Shown piece after piece: positions 1 through 8,537 of a DNA stretch of 32,000 bases (positions within the stretch are counted from its first letter, which is position 1; each line of letters begins with the position of its first letter). Both the position numbers and the translations under genes were made by a program. This DNA is from Candidatus Electronema halotolerans. Its GTDB lineage: Bacteria; Desulfobacterota; Desulfobulbia; Desulfobulbales; Desulfobulbaceae. The notes below the pieces were generated by a model. That model was not told the origin of the DNA. It saw only the letters and a list, made by a program, of their open reading frames with translations, and ran no database searches. The DNA lies in contig OW818675.1 of assembly GCA_942493095.1 (NCBI GenBank), positions 523,406-555,405 on the forward strand, in the 5' to 3' direction.

Positions 1-3000
1 ACAATGGCCTGCGCAGCTGCCGCAGCCCTTGCAGACAGCCTCGTTGACCTCGCTGACTCCTTTATAAGCATTAAAGGTGATGGCCCCGTAGGCGCAGAGT
101 CCGATGCAGGCTTGGCAGCCAATGCAGATATCCGGATCAATTGCGGAAATCATCGGAGAAATCTCAACCGTGCCAGAAGAGCTTAACGACAGGCATTCCG
201 CCGCCGCGCCTTTGGCCTGGGCCACGGTGTCGGAAATATCCTTTGGCCCCTGACAGGTTCCAGCTAAGAACACGCCGCTGGAAGGGGTGGAGACCGGCTC
301 CAGTTTGGGATGCTCCTCTTGGAAAAAGCCGTCTGCTCCAGTGGTGATGCCAAAGGTGCGGGCCACATCGAGAGCATCCTTGCGCGGCTCTATGGCCATG
401 CAGAGGATGGCCATTTCCACATTGATTTCCACCATCCTGCCGGACAGGGTGTCCTCGGCCCGGACCACCAAGGTCTTGTCAGCCAGCTCGGTGATCTGCC
501 CGGCCTTGCCCCGGATCATGCGCACGCCCTCTTCCTGCACCTTTTTGTAGAACTCCTCATACCCCTTGCCAAAACAGCGCATGTCAATATAGAAGTTATA
601 GACCTGCGTGTCATGGCCGCATTTGTCCTTGAGCAGGTGAGCGAACTTGAGGGCGTACATGCAGCAGACCCGCGAACAGTACTCGTGATGATTCTTGTCG
701 CGACTGCCGATGCAGTGGAGAATGGCCACGCTCTTCGGAACCTTGGTGAACTTGCCTTCGTCATCCCGAATGAGCAGTTTGCCAGAAGTCGGGCCGGTGG
801 CATTGCTCAGGCGCTCAAACTCAAAGCTGGTATAGACATTGCGGTGTCTGCCATAGCCGTACTGGGTCATCGGGGTCGGGTCCATCAGATCAAAACCAGT
901 GGCTACGATAATTGAGCCAACCTCCAGCTCCAGCGTTTCCGGCTGCATGTCATGATCAATGGCCTTGGGCATGCAGGCATCCACGCACTGATAGCATTCG
1001 GAACAAACCCCGCATTCAAGGCAGCGTCTGACTTCGCGCTGCACCTGCTCCTCGGTGAGACTGCCGATGATTTCCCGGAAATTGCCGGTCCGCTCTCGCA
1101 CCGGCAGCCGGGGCGCACGTTCCCGTTTCACCGGCTTTTTGTCGCCGATATCAGGTTTTGTATAATCCCAAGACCTTGCCCGGCCCTCTTCCAGCTGCCT
1201 GCCGTTGAGGAAGCGGTCAATGCTCTCTGCCGCCTCTTTGCCAGAGGCAACCGCTTCAACCACGGAGCGCGGCCCATGCACAGCATCGCCGCCCGCAAAA
1301 ATCCAGCTAATCGGCGACTGAAGGGTCAGTGGATCAACATCCAGACCACCTCGCTTGGTGACGGCAATATTCTCACTGTCGGCAAAATCCAGCTCCGCGC
1401 TCTGGCCAATGGCGACAATGACCGTGTCCGCTTCCAAAGAGATCAGCTCGTTTTCATCGTACTGAGGCCGGAACGCACCGCTGGCATCAAAGACCGCTGT
1501 GCAGCGTTTGAACTCCACCCCGGTGCAGACGTGATCTGCGCCAAGGAACCGCTTTGGTCCCAGCGAGTTGATGATATCGATCTGTTCCTCCAACGCCTCT
1601 TCGACCTCATAGTCCCAAGCAGGCATCTCCTCCCGCTTTTCCAAGCAGATCATAGTGACTTTTGCCCCGCCCAGCCGTTTGGCAGTCAGGGCCACATCAA
1701 CCGCCACATTGCCGCCGCCAATGACAATGACTTTCCTGCCCACGGTCACGTCTTTGCCCAAGGCCACATTGCGGAGGAAGGCCACGCCCGGCAGAATGCC
1801 CTGCATCTCCTCGCCCGGCACGCCCAAGGCGCGGCTGCCGTGCAGGCCGGTGCCGATGAACAGGGCCTTGTAGCCGTCCTTGCGCAGACTCGCCGCAGTC
1901 ACATCCCTGCCAAAGGCGGTGTTGGTTTTGATGACCACGCCCAGCTTTTCGATCAGGCCGATTTCTTTGGCCAGAGTCTCTCGCGGCAGGCGGTATTCCG
2001 GGATGCCGACCGCCATCATGCCGCCCTTGATTGGCAGCTTTTCAAAAATCGTGACCTGATAGCCTTTCTGAGCCAGATAATAGGCAGCGGTCAGACCGGC
2101 TGGGCCTGAGCCGACCACGGCCACTTTTTCCGAGCGTTTCTGCTCAATCTCCGGCATGTACGGATCGGCTGAATCCAGATCAAGGTCAGCAATGTAGCGG
2201 TGCAGATGCTGAATGGCCATAGGCTGCTCGACATCGCCGCGTGTGCAGGCCCCCTCGCAGGGATGGTGGCAGACCCGACCGCAGGTGGCTGGGAAAGGAT
2301 GATCTTTCTTAAAAACCCGCACAGCCTCTTTGTACTTGCCCAGCTCCATCAGGGCGATGAAGCCCTGAATGCTGACATGGGCCGGACAGGTCGCCTTGCA
2401 GGGCGCAGGTCCTTTTTTGTCAATGATGTAGGTGATCGGCACTGCTTGGGGAAAGGAGCGGTAGATGGCCTTGCGGTCAGCAATGCCCACATCCCACTCA
2501 TTGGGCCGGGTGATTGGACAGACCTTGGCGCAGTCGCCGCAGCCGGTGCAGATGCCCTCTTTGACGTAGCGGGGCTTTTTATGCACTTTGACCTTGAAGT
2601 TGCCGATAAAGCCCTGCACTTCCTCCACTTCCGCATGGGTGATCAGCTCAATGTTCGGGTGCTGGCCCACGGCAACCATTTTCGGAGTGCCGATGCAGGC
2701 GGCGCAGTCCAAGGTAGGAAAGGTCTTGTCATACTGGAGCATGTGGTTGCCGACTGTGGAGCCTTTTTCGACCAGATAGACCTTGTAGCCCGCCTTGGCA
2801 ATGTCCAGCGAAGCCTGCATTCCAGCAATGCCGCCGCCCACCACTAACGTATTTGTGTTGACGGAAAATTTGCTTGGCGTGAGCGGGCTTTGCTTGGTTA
2901 CTCTGGTGATGCCGGCCCTGACCACGGTTTTGGCCTTTTCCGTGGCCTCATCCTCATTTTCCGTGACCCAGGAGACATGCTCGCGGACGCAGACCATGTG

Positions 3001-3282
3001 GAATGCCTTGTACGGATTCAGCCCGGCCCGCTGACAGGCGGCCCGGAAGGTTTTTTCGTGCATTCTCGGCGAACAGGAGGCCACGACCACGCAGTCAAGG
3101 TCATGCTCCTTGATGTCCGTCTCCACCAGCTCTTGGCCGGGATCGGAACACATGAAGAGGTAATCGCGGGCCACGACCACGCCGGGCAAGGTGGCCGCAT
3201 ATTCAGCCACTTCCTGCACCCGAACTCTGTAGGCAATGTTGATGCCGCAGTGACAAATGTAAAATCCAATCCGTTTTGACAT
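1..3282 (-). CDS. HdrA-family flavoprotein with an inserted GltD/NfnB-like NAD(P)H-binding module (HdrL-type large heterodisulfide-reductase-like subunit). Partial: the 3' end lies beyond the left edge.
   Basis: Absent from the ORF track because it has no stop inside the window. The ATG is at 3282-3280, preceded by caGGAGAAacgac. My reverse-complement translation starts MSKRIGFYICHCGINIAYRVRVQEVAEY (HdrA-like N-terminus). It continues through VVGGGIAGMQASLDIAKAG (FAD fold) and GICTGCGDCAKVCP (4Fe-4S). Next come CKATCPAH...GRVCHHPCEGACTRG, KVAVVGSGPAGLTAAYYL and VIVIGGGNVAVD, which are GltD/NfnB-type motifs. The sequence then returns to HdrA-like motifs (CLECGVCSECYQCVDAC, HCIGSRD, CSRVCCMYALK) and ends at the edge in ICIGCQACIGLC...CKGCGSCAGHC. 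No minus-strand ORF is listed in this frame, which fits one uninterrupted 1094-codon frame. Confidence 0.85.
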   Translation of the reverse strand, partial: MSKRIGFYICHCGINIAYRVRVQEVAEYAATLPGVVVARDYLFMCSDPGQELVETDIKEHDLDCVVVASCSPRMHEKTFRAACQRAGLNPYKAFHMVCVREHVSWVTENEDEATEKAKTVVRAGITRVTKQSPLTPSKFSVNTNTLVVGGGIAGMQASLDIAKAGYKVYLVEKGSTVGNHMLQYDKTFPTLDCAACIGTPKMVAVGQHPNIELITHAEVEEVQGFIGNFKVKVHKKPRYVKEGICTGCGDCAKVCPITRPNEWDVGIADRKAIYRSFPQAVPITYIIDKKGPAPCKATCPAHVSIQGFIALMELGKYKEAVRVFKKDHPFPATCGRVCHHPCEGACTRGDVEQPMAIQHLHRYIADLDLDSADPYMPEIEQKRSEKVAVVGSGPAGLTAAYYLAQKGYQVTIFEKLPIKGGMMAVGIPEYRLPRETLAKEIGLIEKLGVVIKTNTAFGRDVTAASLRKDGYKALFIGTGLHGSRALGVPGEEMQGILPGVAFLRNVALGKDVTVGRKVIVIGGGNVAVDVALTAKRLGGAKVTMICLEKREEMPAWDYEVEEALEEQIDIINSLGPKRFLGADHVCTGVEFKRCTAVFDASGAFRPQYDENELISLEADTVIVAIGQSAELDFADSENIAVTKRGGLDVDPLTLQSPISWIFAGGDAVHGPRSVVEAVASGKEAAESIDRFLNGRQLEEGRARSWDYTKPDIGDKKPVKRERAPRLPVRERTGNFREIIGSLTEEQVQREVRRCLECGVCSECYQCVDACMPKAIDHDMQPETLELEVGSIIVATGFDLMDPTPMTQYGYGRHRNVYTSFEFERLSNATGPTSGKLLIRDDEGKFTKVPKSVAILHCIGSRDKNHHEYCSRVCCMYALKFAHLLKDKCGHDTQVYNFYIDMRCFGKGYEEFYKKVQEEGVRMIRGKAGQITELADKTLVVRAEDTLSGRMVEINVEMAILCMAIEPRKDALDVARTFGITTGADGFFQEEHPKLEPVSTPSSGVFLAGTCQGPKDISDTVAQAKGAAAECLSLSSSGTVEISPMISAIDPDICIGCQACIGLCAYGAITFNAYKGVSEVNEAVCKGCGSCAGHC

Positions 3283-3296
3283 GTCGTTTCTCCTGA

Positions 3297-5576
3297 TCAC
3301 AGCTCGTTGTTCCGACCGGAATTCTTTTCGTCAGATGCCGCCAAGGACTGCAAGACCAGCTCCGCGACATCATGGACCGCAATTTTTTGCTCAAGCCCGC
3401 GCTGCCGGACAGCATTATCGAGCATTTTCAGACAATAGGGGCAGGCGACCGCAATAATGTCCGCGCCCGTATCCAGAGCCTCCTGCACCCGCATTGCGCC
3501 GAGATTCTCGGCAGGCTGCTCCTTGAAGATGCCGCCACCACCACCGCCGCAGCAGAGGCTCTGCCGCCGGTTGTGGGCCATCTCAACCAAGGTGAAGCCG
3601 GGAATGCTGCTGAGTATCTGGCGCGGAGCATCATAGACACCATTATAGCGTCCCAAATAGCAGGGGTCATGATAGGTGACAGTCCGGCGCAGCTCCTTGA
3701 CCGGACGGACAGTGCCTTCCTGGATCAGCCGCCAGAGCAGCTCAGTGTAATGCTCCGCAGGCAGGTTCAGCCCCTCATAGTATTGGCTGAACGCGGTCAG
3801 GCAGTGCGGCGAGGCAGTCACCATCTTCTGCACACCAGCCTCAGCAAGGGCTGCCCTGTTTTTTGCCGCCAATTTGTTGAAAGTGGCAGTGTCGCCGCTC
3901 CGATGGGCCAAGTCGCCGCAACAGCTTTCCTTGTCACCCAAAGTGCGCACAGAAAGCCCAGCGGTTTGCAGCAGCCGCAGCAAAGCTCGACCCGCCATTT
4001 TGTTCCGCTGCGCCGGAGTCTCGTCATAGGCCGTGGTGCAGCAGGTGAAGAGACAGTATTCCGTTTCCGGTGTGACAGCGGGAAGGGCGGCATCTCCTGC
4101 CCAAGCAGCCCGCTGCGCCGGAGCACCCTGCCACGGATTGTTCTGTTCTTTGAGACTGTTCAGCGGTGCTTGCAAATATTCTGGAATCTTACCAGACTGG
4201 ATGTTCCGCTGCCGGATGGTTCTGGTCACATCAATAATTTCAATGCCGCGTGGACAGTTCTCCACACAGGCGTTGCAGGTCAGGCAGTTCCAGACGTTTT
4301 TGTCAACGTCCTCGACCGTGGCCGAGTCTGTGGAAATCGCCCGCAGAATCCGCCGGGCACTGTACGTGCTGACATTGTTGACCGGACAGACCGTGGTGCA
4401 GGTGCCGCACTGCATGCAGGCCATAAAGGTTTCATCAAGGTCTTTTTTCAAGGACTCGGCGTTGACCGTGGAAGGCTGGACCGCCTTTTTCTTGACTGTG
4501 GTCAGAAAGATGGCAAAGGGCCGGTAGAAGAGATGCGACCACTTGCCAAAAGGCACTTCAATGATCAGCATGGGCACGGCAATCGCCAGATGCACCACAT
4601 ACATGATGTAGGTCGGCAGCGGCCAGTTGCCAATGCGGAACAGGTGCATGACCATGCCGGACAAGGCGGTGAGGAAAAGCAGAATCAGGAAGAGCCAGTC
4701 TGTGGCATGGGAATAGCGATGGAGTGCCTCCTCCTTGGTCTTGTAGCGGCTCCAGAGCTTTTCCCCGGAAAAATACAGGATGGTGCCAGCGGCGTAATAC
4801 CCGAAGATGCTGGTGAAATGCCATTCTGCCGTGTCCCGCTGAAACCAGCGGATAAAGACCACGATCAGGAGCATCTTGGTCATGTAGCCGGTCATGAGGA
4901 GGAAATGCTTGAGCCAGCGCGAAATTTTCTTGGTATCGCTCGTGCAGCCCCGCCAGCGTTTCTGGGTGGCGAAATGGATGAGGAACTGCTTGGCCTCACT
5001 GAGCAGAAGGCTGGGCGGCACTGAGCTGTCGCCCATGATGTGGCGGTACATGCGGAACAGATTCGTGCCCAGAAACAGGGTCAGAATGCCGGTCATGAGC
5101 AGGTCGCCCATTTCAATCCAAGCGACCGGAGCAAAGGTGTTCAGTGCCACCCGGTCTGTGATCACCGGGCCATGAAAGAGCACGAACATCAGAATGATGC
5201 CAAGGGAGAGCGTGGCCAAGGAGCCGATTTCCCACGCCTTGGAAAGATACAATTTTTTCGCCAGTCCAGTCCAATCCAGCTCCGTGGTCAGCCAGCGGCG
5301 GACCGCCATCATGGTTTCCGCCGGTTCTGCGCCGCGTGGACAACGGATGTTGCAGTCGCCGCAATAGTAGCAGAGCCACGGCTCTGGCGCGGCCAGCAGC
5401 TTGTCCTTCAGACCGAGCTGGATATAGCGGTATATTTTCCGGGGAAAGGCATGGCTGCTCTCAGACAGGGAGCAGGAGGCGGAACAAAGACCGCACTGCA
5501 TGCACAGCTCCATGTCTTTGGCACCCAGCTCCTCAAGTTCCTTGTGCAATTCTTGCTGAACACTGTACTGTTTCAA
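3297..5576 (-). CDS. Membrane-anchored FeS/CCG-domain oxidoreductase: N-terminal ferredoxin-like Cys clusters, a multi-helix membrane domain, then an HdrD/GlpC/DsrK-like 2x[4Fe-4S] and CCG-domain part (HdrE-HdrD fusion type, HdrF-like).
   Basis: 759-aa ORF with a TTG start preceded by GAGGAG 7 nt upstream. Motifs seen: CMQCGLCSASC, CYYCGDCNIRCP, a block of hydrophobic helices (residues ~115-350), CMQCGTCTTVCP, CLTCNACVENCP, and CCG-type motifs CCGDLAH, HDPCYLGR, CCGGGGG, CPYCLKML. Its stop lies 14 nt upstream of the HdrL-type gene start. Confidence 0.85.
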   Translation of the reverse strand: MKQYSVQQELHKELEELGAKDMELCMQCGLCSASCSLSESSHAFPRKIYRYIQLGLKDKLLAAPEPWLCYYCGDCNIRCPRGAEPAETMMAVRRWLTTELDWTGLAKKLYLSKAWEIGSLATLSLGIILMFVLFHGPVITDRVALNTFAPVAWIEMGDLLMTGILTLFLGTNLFRMYRHIMGDSSVPPSLLLSEAKQFLIHFATQKRWRGCTSDTKKISRWLKHFLLMTGYMTKMLLIVVFIRWFQRDTAEWHFTSIFGYYAAGTILYFSGEKLWSRYKTKEEALHRYSHATDWLFLILLFLTALSGMVMHLFRIGNWPLPTYIMYVVHLAIAVPMLIIEVPFGKWSHLFYRPFAIFLTTVKKKAVQPSTVNAESLKKDLDETFMACMQCGTCTTVCPVNNVSTYSARRILRAISTDSATVEDVDKNVWNCLTCNACVENCPRGIEIIDVTRTIRQRNIQSGKIPEYLQAPLNSLKEQNNPWQGAPAQRAAWAGDAALPAVTPETEYCLFTCCTTAYDETPAQRNKMAGRALLRLLQTAGLSVRTLGDKESCCGDLAHRSGDTATFNKLAAKNRAALAEAGVQKMVTASPHCLTAFSQYYEGLNLPAEHYTELLWRLIQEGTVRPVKELRRTVTYHDPCYLGRYNGVYDAPRQILSSIPGFTLVEMAHNRRQSLCCGGGGGGIFKEQPAENLGAMRVQEALDTGADIIAVACPYCLKMLDNAVRQRGLEQKIAVHDVAELVLQSLAASDEKNSGRNNEL

Positions 5577-5682
5577 GGTATGACTCCTCGCTTGCGTTGT
5601 ATTTCAGTCTCTCAATATCCTTTGTTTTCTTTTTTTGTCACCGCCCCGCCGCACTGTGGGCAACGCATGCAGCCTGCCCATG

Positions 5683-5699
5683 ATGCAGGTTGTTTTCCA
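5683..5699 (-). promoter_or_regulatory. Possible sigma-54 (-24/-12) promoter for the hdr-like genes.
   Basis: The minus strand reads TGGAAAACAACCTGCAT, giving GG-N10-GC spacing. That is about 9 of 11 matches to TGGCAC-N5-TTGCA. It lies about 107 nt upstream of the TTG start at 5576. Confidence 0.25.
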
Positions 5700-5936
5700 A
5701 CATCCTGATTTAGTTTAAATAATTTCAAACCTTGCCGTTAAGGCAACCTGTTGCAATAACTGTAATTTTTATTTTCACATCTCGCGGATTCTCACTATAA
5801 TCGGATAAAGACAAAAATGAAACACCATTAAGAGATGTCTGCGCGTAATTTTTACCCTGAAACCACAGAGTGGCATATTGAAAGCCGCCGTTTCCTGACA
5901 GGCTCAGGCTGCTGCCAAGCAACCTGAGCCACGCGC

Positions 5937-6278
5937 TCAATGCGTCTGCTCTTCTGCTGTCCCCAGCACCTTGGCGGCAATCACCTGTTTTGCCGTTGCA
6001 TCTGGCTCCGGCTTTTTCCAGCTGATGAACTGCTCCAGCACCCGCATGTAGCTGCCATTGTCCTCTTGGCACTGAGGGCAGATTGACTCCGCCTTGTCAC
6101 GGTACATGATGATTTTGCTGGCTGGCTCACCTGCCGCGCTCACTGCCGCCATTTTCCGGCAGCCGCAGTCCAGCCGCACCACAGCCACGCCGACCGCATC
6201 CGGGCTGCCCTCAAGAATGCCTGCAATCATCGCCTGTTCGCCCTGCTCTGGTGTTCTCGATGTTTTTTTGGATTTCAT
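5937..6278 (-). CDS. Small Cys-containing hypothetical protein (CxC ... CxxC, zinc-ribbon-like).
   Basis: The track ORF 5937..6302 begins at a GTG. An internal ATG at 6278 (MKSKKTSRTPEQ...) seems a likelier start. The composition is protein-like (VVRLDCGCRKMAAVS...ICPQCQEDNGSYMRVLEQFISW). The stop is followed by a perfect 8-bp hairpin (5901-5908 / 5923-5930) with no U-tract. I do not recognise the family. Confidence 0.45.
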   Translation of the reverse strand: MKSKKTSRTPEQGEQAMIAGILEGSPDAVGVAVVRLDCGCRKMAAVSAAGEPASKIIMYRDKAESICPQCQEDNGSYMRVLEQFISWKKPEPDATAKQVIAAKVLGTAEEQTH

Positions 6279-6551
6279 CTCTCTGTTCTGTTTTTGTTGC
6301 ACAACATCAACTGCGCTTGCCCCGCTCGCTTACCACAGAATGCCTTATAACCCTGTTTGCCGACAGAGACAAGCATTATCCAACTTGCAGCTTGCATCCA
6401 GCCCATAAAGAACAGCTCAAGACAAAAATGCCATTTCTGCATCATAATTGTCATGACATCCTGAAAGCAGAATCATCCAGCTCGCCGTCCCGCGCTTGAC
6501 GGTCACAGGCAATGTCTTGTTATTGAAAGATATTCATCGCAAGAAAACTTC

Positions 6552-6567
6552 TGGCATAAACCTTGCT
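6552..6567 (+). promoter_or_regulatory. Sigma-54 (-24/-12) promoter upstream of the nifB-like operon.
   Basis: TGGCATaaaccTTGCT matches the consensus TGGCAC-N5-TTGCW with one mismatch and exact GG-N10-GC spacing. It lies about 50 nt upstream of the ATG at 6619. Confidence 0.55.
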
Positions 6568-6618
6568 GTTCTTATTCAAAAAAGCTCTGAAGTTTGAACT
6601 CCGCATCGAAAACAGACC

Positions 6619-7755
6619 ATGAATATTCCGTGTGAAAAACAAGCCTGCGCCCGCTCCATGCAGATCGACAGCCTTGTTCTGCCTATTGCGCCGCAGGCTG
6701 TCTGCGGCAAACGTTTCTGCGGCGGCAAGGCGGCAGCAGCCATGTCCCCTGCCGAAGCGGTCGCATGGATCAGCGAGCTGATCAAAGGCGGCAAGACTAT
6801 CCACGGAGTGAACCTCTGCGGCCCGGGCGATGCCTTGGCTGCGCCGAACATCCTCTCCGCTGCTCTGGACTTGCTGCGGCAGCAGCATCCTGCATTCAGC
6901 CTGCAATTGACGACTGCCGGACTGGGCGGGGCAGCCCTTGCCCCTGCTCTGGCGGAACAAGACCTTGCCCAAATCAACCTGCAAGTTGAGGCGGTTGATG
7001 CTGCAATTATCGAAAAAATTTATGCGTGGATTCGTCCGGGCAAGAAGACGCTGCCCTTGAGCCAGGCCGCAGAAATGCTCTGTGATGCTCAGGCGGAAGC
7101 GGTCATGGCTCTCAGCCAAGCTGGACTGACTGTCAATATCCAGACCACTGTTTATCCGGGCCTCAACGACCAGCACGCAGCAGCGATTGCCGAAAAGATG
7201 GCCGGATTGGGCGCGGCTTCCATGACCTTGCTGCCCTTTGAGCCTGCTGCTGAGGAAGAGGGGCCGTCCGCCTGTTCCGCCGCCTTGCTGGAGCAGACGA
7301 AAGAGGCTGCGGCAGTTCATCTGCGCCTGATCGACTATGGCTGCGTCTGCCTGACCCCGCCCAACAGCGGCAGCAGCTTTGCCGGAACCGTGCTGCCCAA
7401 GCCAAGCAAGGAGCGGCCCAATGTGGCTGTGGTCAGCAGCAGCGGCATGGAGGTCGATCTGCATCTTGGCCAGGCTGTCAAAGTGCTGATCTACGGGCCG
7501 CGCAGCGGTGACGAGCTGCCCTCTCTGCTGATGGTGCGCGATGCGCCGGAAGCTGGGGCAGGCGATTCCCGCTGGGAGGCATTGGCCCGTGAATGCCTGT
7601 TTGACTGCTTCGCCTTAGTGGCGGCCAAGGCTGGGGAAAATCCACAAAAGGTGCTGGCTGAACAAGGCATCAAGGTCCTGCTGGCTGAGGACAGCATTGA
7701 AGGGCTGGTGGATGTGCTCTACGGCGGCGGCAAGAAACAAAAATGTAAAAAATAA
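6619..7755 (+). CDS. NifB-like protein (radical-SAM-type N-terminal region with a degenerate Cys motif) fused to a NifX/NafY-type FeMo-cofactor-binding-like domain.
   Basis: The N-terminal part parallels NifB (LPIAPQAVCGKRFCGG...MSPAEAV...VNLCGPGDALAAPN...). However, CX3CX2C is replaced by C-x4-C. The C-terminal ~110 aa (NVAVVSSSGMEVDLHLGQAVKVLIYG...FDCFALVAAKAGENPQKVLAEQGIKVLL) matches the Nitro_FeMo-Co (NifX/NifB C-terminal) pattern. Confidence 0.7.
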   Translation: MNIPCEKQACARSMQIDSLVLPIAPQAVCGKRFCGGKAAAAMSPAEAVAWISELIKGGKTIHGVNLCGPGDALAAPNILSAALDLLRQQHPAFSLQLTTAGLGGAALAPALAEQDLAQINLQVEAVDAAIIEKIYAWIRPGKKTLPLSQAAEMLCDAQAEAVMALSQAGLTVNIQTTVYPGLNDQHAAAIAEKMAGLGAASMTLLPFEPAAEEEGPSACSAALLEQTKEAAAVHLRLIDYGCVCLTPPNSGSSFAGTVLPKPSKERPNVAVVSSSGMEVDLHLGQAVKVLIYGPRSGDELPSLLMVRDAPEAGAGDSRWEALARECLFDCFALVAAKAGENPQKVLAEQGIKVLLAEDSIEGLVDVLYGGGKKQKCKK

Positions 7756-7779
7756 TTCCCGTTCCAAGGAGAAAACAAA

Positions 7780-8085
7780 ATGGCAATTCCCAAGCGGCAG
7801 ATTCTGCTCTGCCAAAGTTTCCGGGCCGCAGGCGACAAAAAAGGCATCTGCCACAAGCAGAGTGATGGTTTCCTGCAATACATTGAGGAAGAAGTGATTG
7901 ATCGTGGCTTGGACTGTCTCGTCAGTGCCACCACCTGCCTCAAACAGTGCGAAAAAGGGCCGATCATGGTGATTCAGCCGGAAAACTGGTGGTTTGGCGG
8001 GGTGAACAGCGAGGAGGTCGTTGATGCCATTCTTGACGGTCTTGAAGAGGGCGAACCAGCAGCAGACTACCTGATTTCCGACTGA
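7780..8085 (+). CDS. Thioredoxin-like [2Fe-2S] ferredoxin.
   Basis: 101 aa with Cys pattern LLCQS...GICHK...TTCLKQCEKGP and the hallmark GPIMVIQPENWWFGGV. The AAGGAGAA RBS is 6 nt upstream of the ATG. Confidence 0.8.
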   Translation: MAIPKRQILLCQSFRAAGDKKGICHKQSDGFLQYIEEEVIDRGLDCLVSATTCLKQCEKGPIMVIQPENWWFGGVNSEEVVDAILDGLEEGEPAADYLISD

Positions 8086-8537
8086 TGAGCGCATCTGCCC
8101 GCATCCGCCGGGCCGAGCAGGCCGACATTCCTGCGTTGCTCGACCTGCTGCAACTGCTCTTCAGCATTGAGAAAGATTTTGTTTTCAATGCGGCCAAACA
8201 GGAGCGCGGACTGCGCCTGCTCTTGGCCGAGAGCAGGGCAGCAGTCATGGTTGCCGCGCAGGACCGGCAGGTGATCGGTCTATGCAGCGGGCAGCTCCTG
8301 ATTTCCACAGCCCAAGGCGGGCTGTCAGCGCTGGTGGAAGATGTCGTTGTCGCGCCCGCTTGGCAGGGCAAAGGAATCGGCAGGCAGCTTTTGGCAGCAA
8401 TCAGTGCATGGGCGGTCAGTCATGGCGCGAGCCGGGTGCAGCTCCTTGCCGACCAGAATAACACCCCGGCCTCAGCCTTTTACCAAAAAACAGGCTTTCA
8501 AACGACAGCAATGATCTGTCTGCGGAAAATAATATGA
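8085..8537 (+). CDS. GNAT-family N-acetyltransferase.
   Basis: 150 aa with acetyl-CoA motif A VVVAPAWQGKGIGRQLL and C-terminal NTPASAFYQKTGF. Its start overlaps the ferredoxin stop (TGATG). Confidence 0.85.
   Translation: MSASARIRRAEQADIPALLDLLQLLFSIEKDFVFNAAKQERGLRLLLAESRAAVMVAAQDRQVIGLCSGQLLISTAQGGLSALVEDVVVAPAWQGKGIGRQLLAAISAWAVSHGASRVQLLADQNNTPASAFYQKTGFQTTAMICLRKII

Noticed and set aside
310-5024. Long plus-strand ORFs in the track (310..915, 952..2109, 2200..2847, 2890..3279, 3372..5024).
   Set aside because: They lie antisense to the two hdr-like genes. They have Arg/Ala/Gly/His-rich low-complexity composition and no motifs, which is typical of shadow ORFs in GC-rich DNA. The minus-strand frames carry dense, ordered FeS, FAD and CCG motifs.
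6520-7464. A 314-aa minus-strand ORF overlapping the nifB-like gene. Similar antisense ORFs occur at 17091..18299, 18296..19222, 21280..22047, 23457..24263, 27863..28945, 29709..30437 and 31317..31898.
   Set aside because: All are antisense to genes with clear family motifs (cobT, cobS, kinases, mobB, response regulators). They show the same Arg/Gly/Ala/Gln-rich shadow composition.
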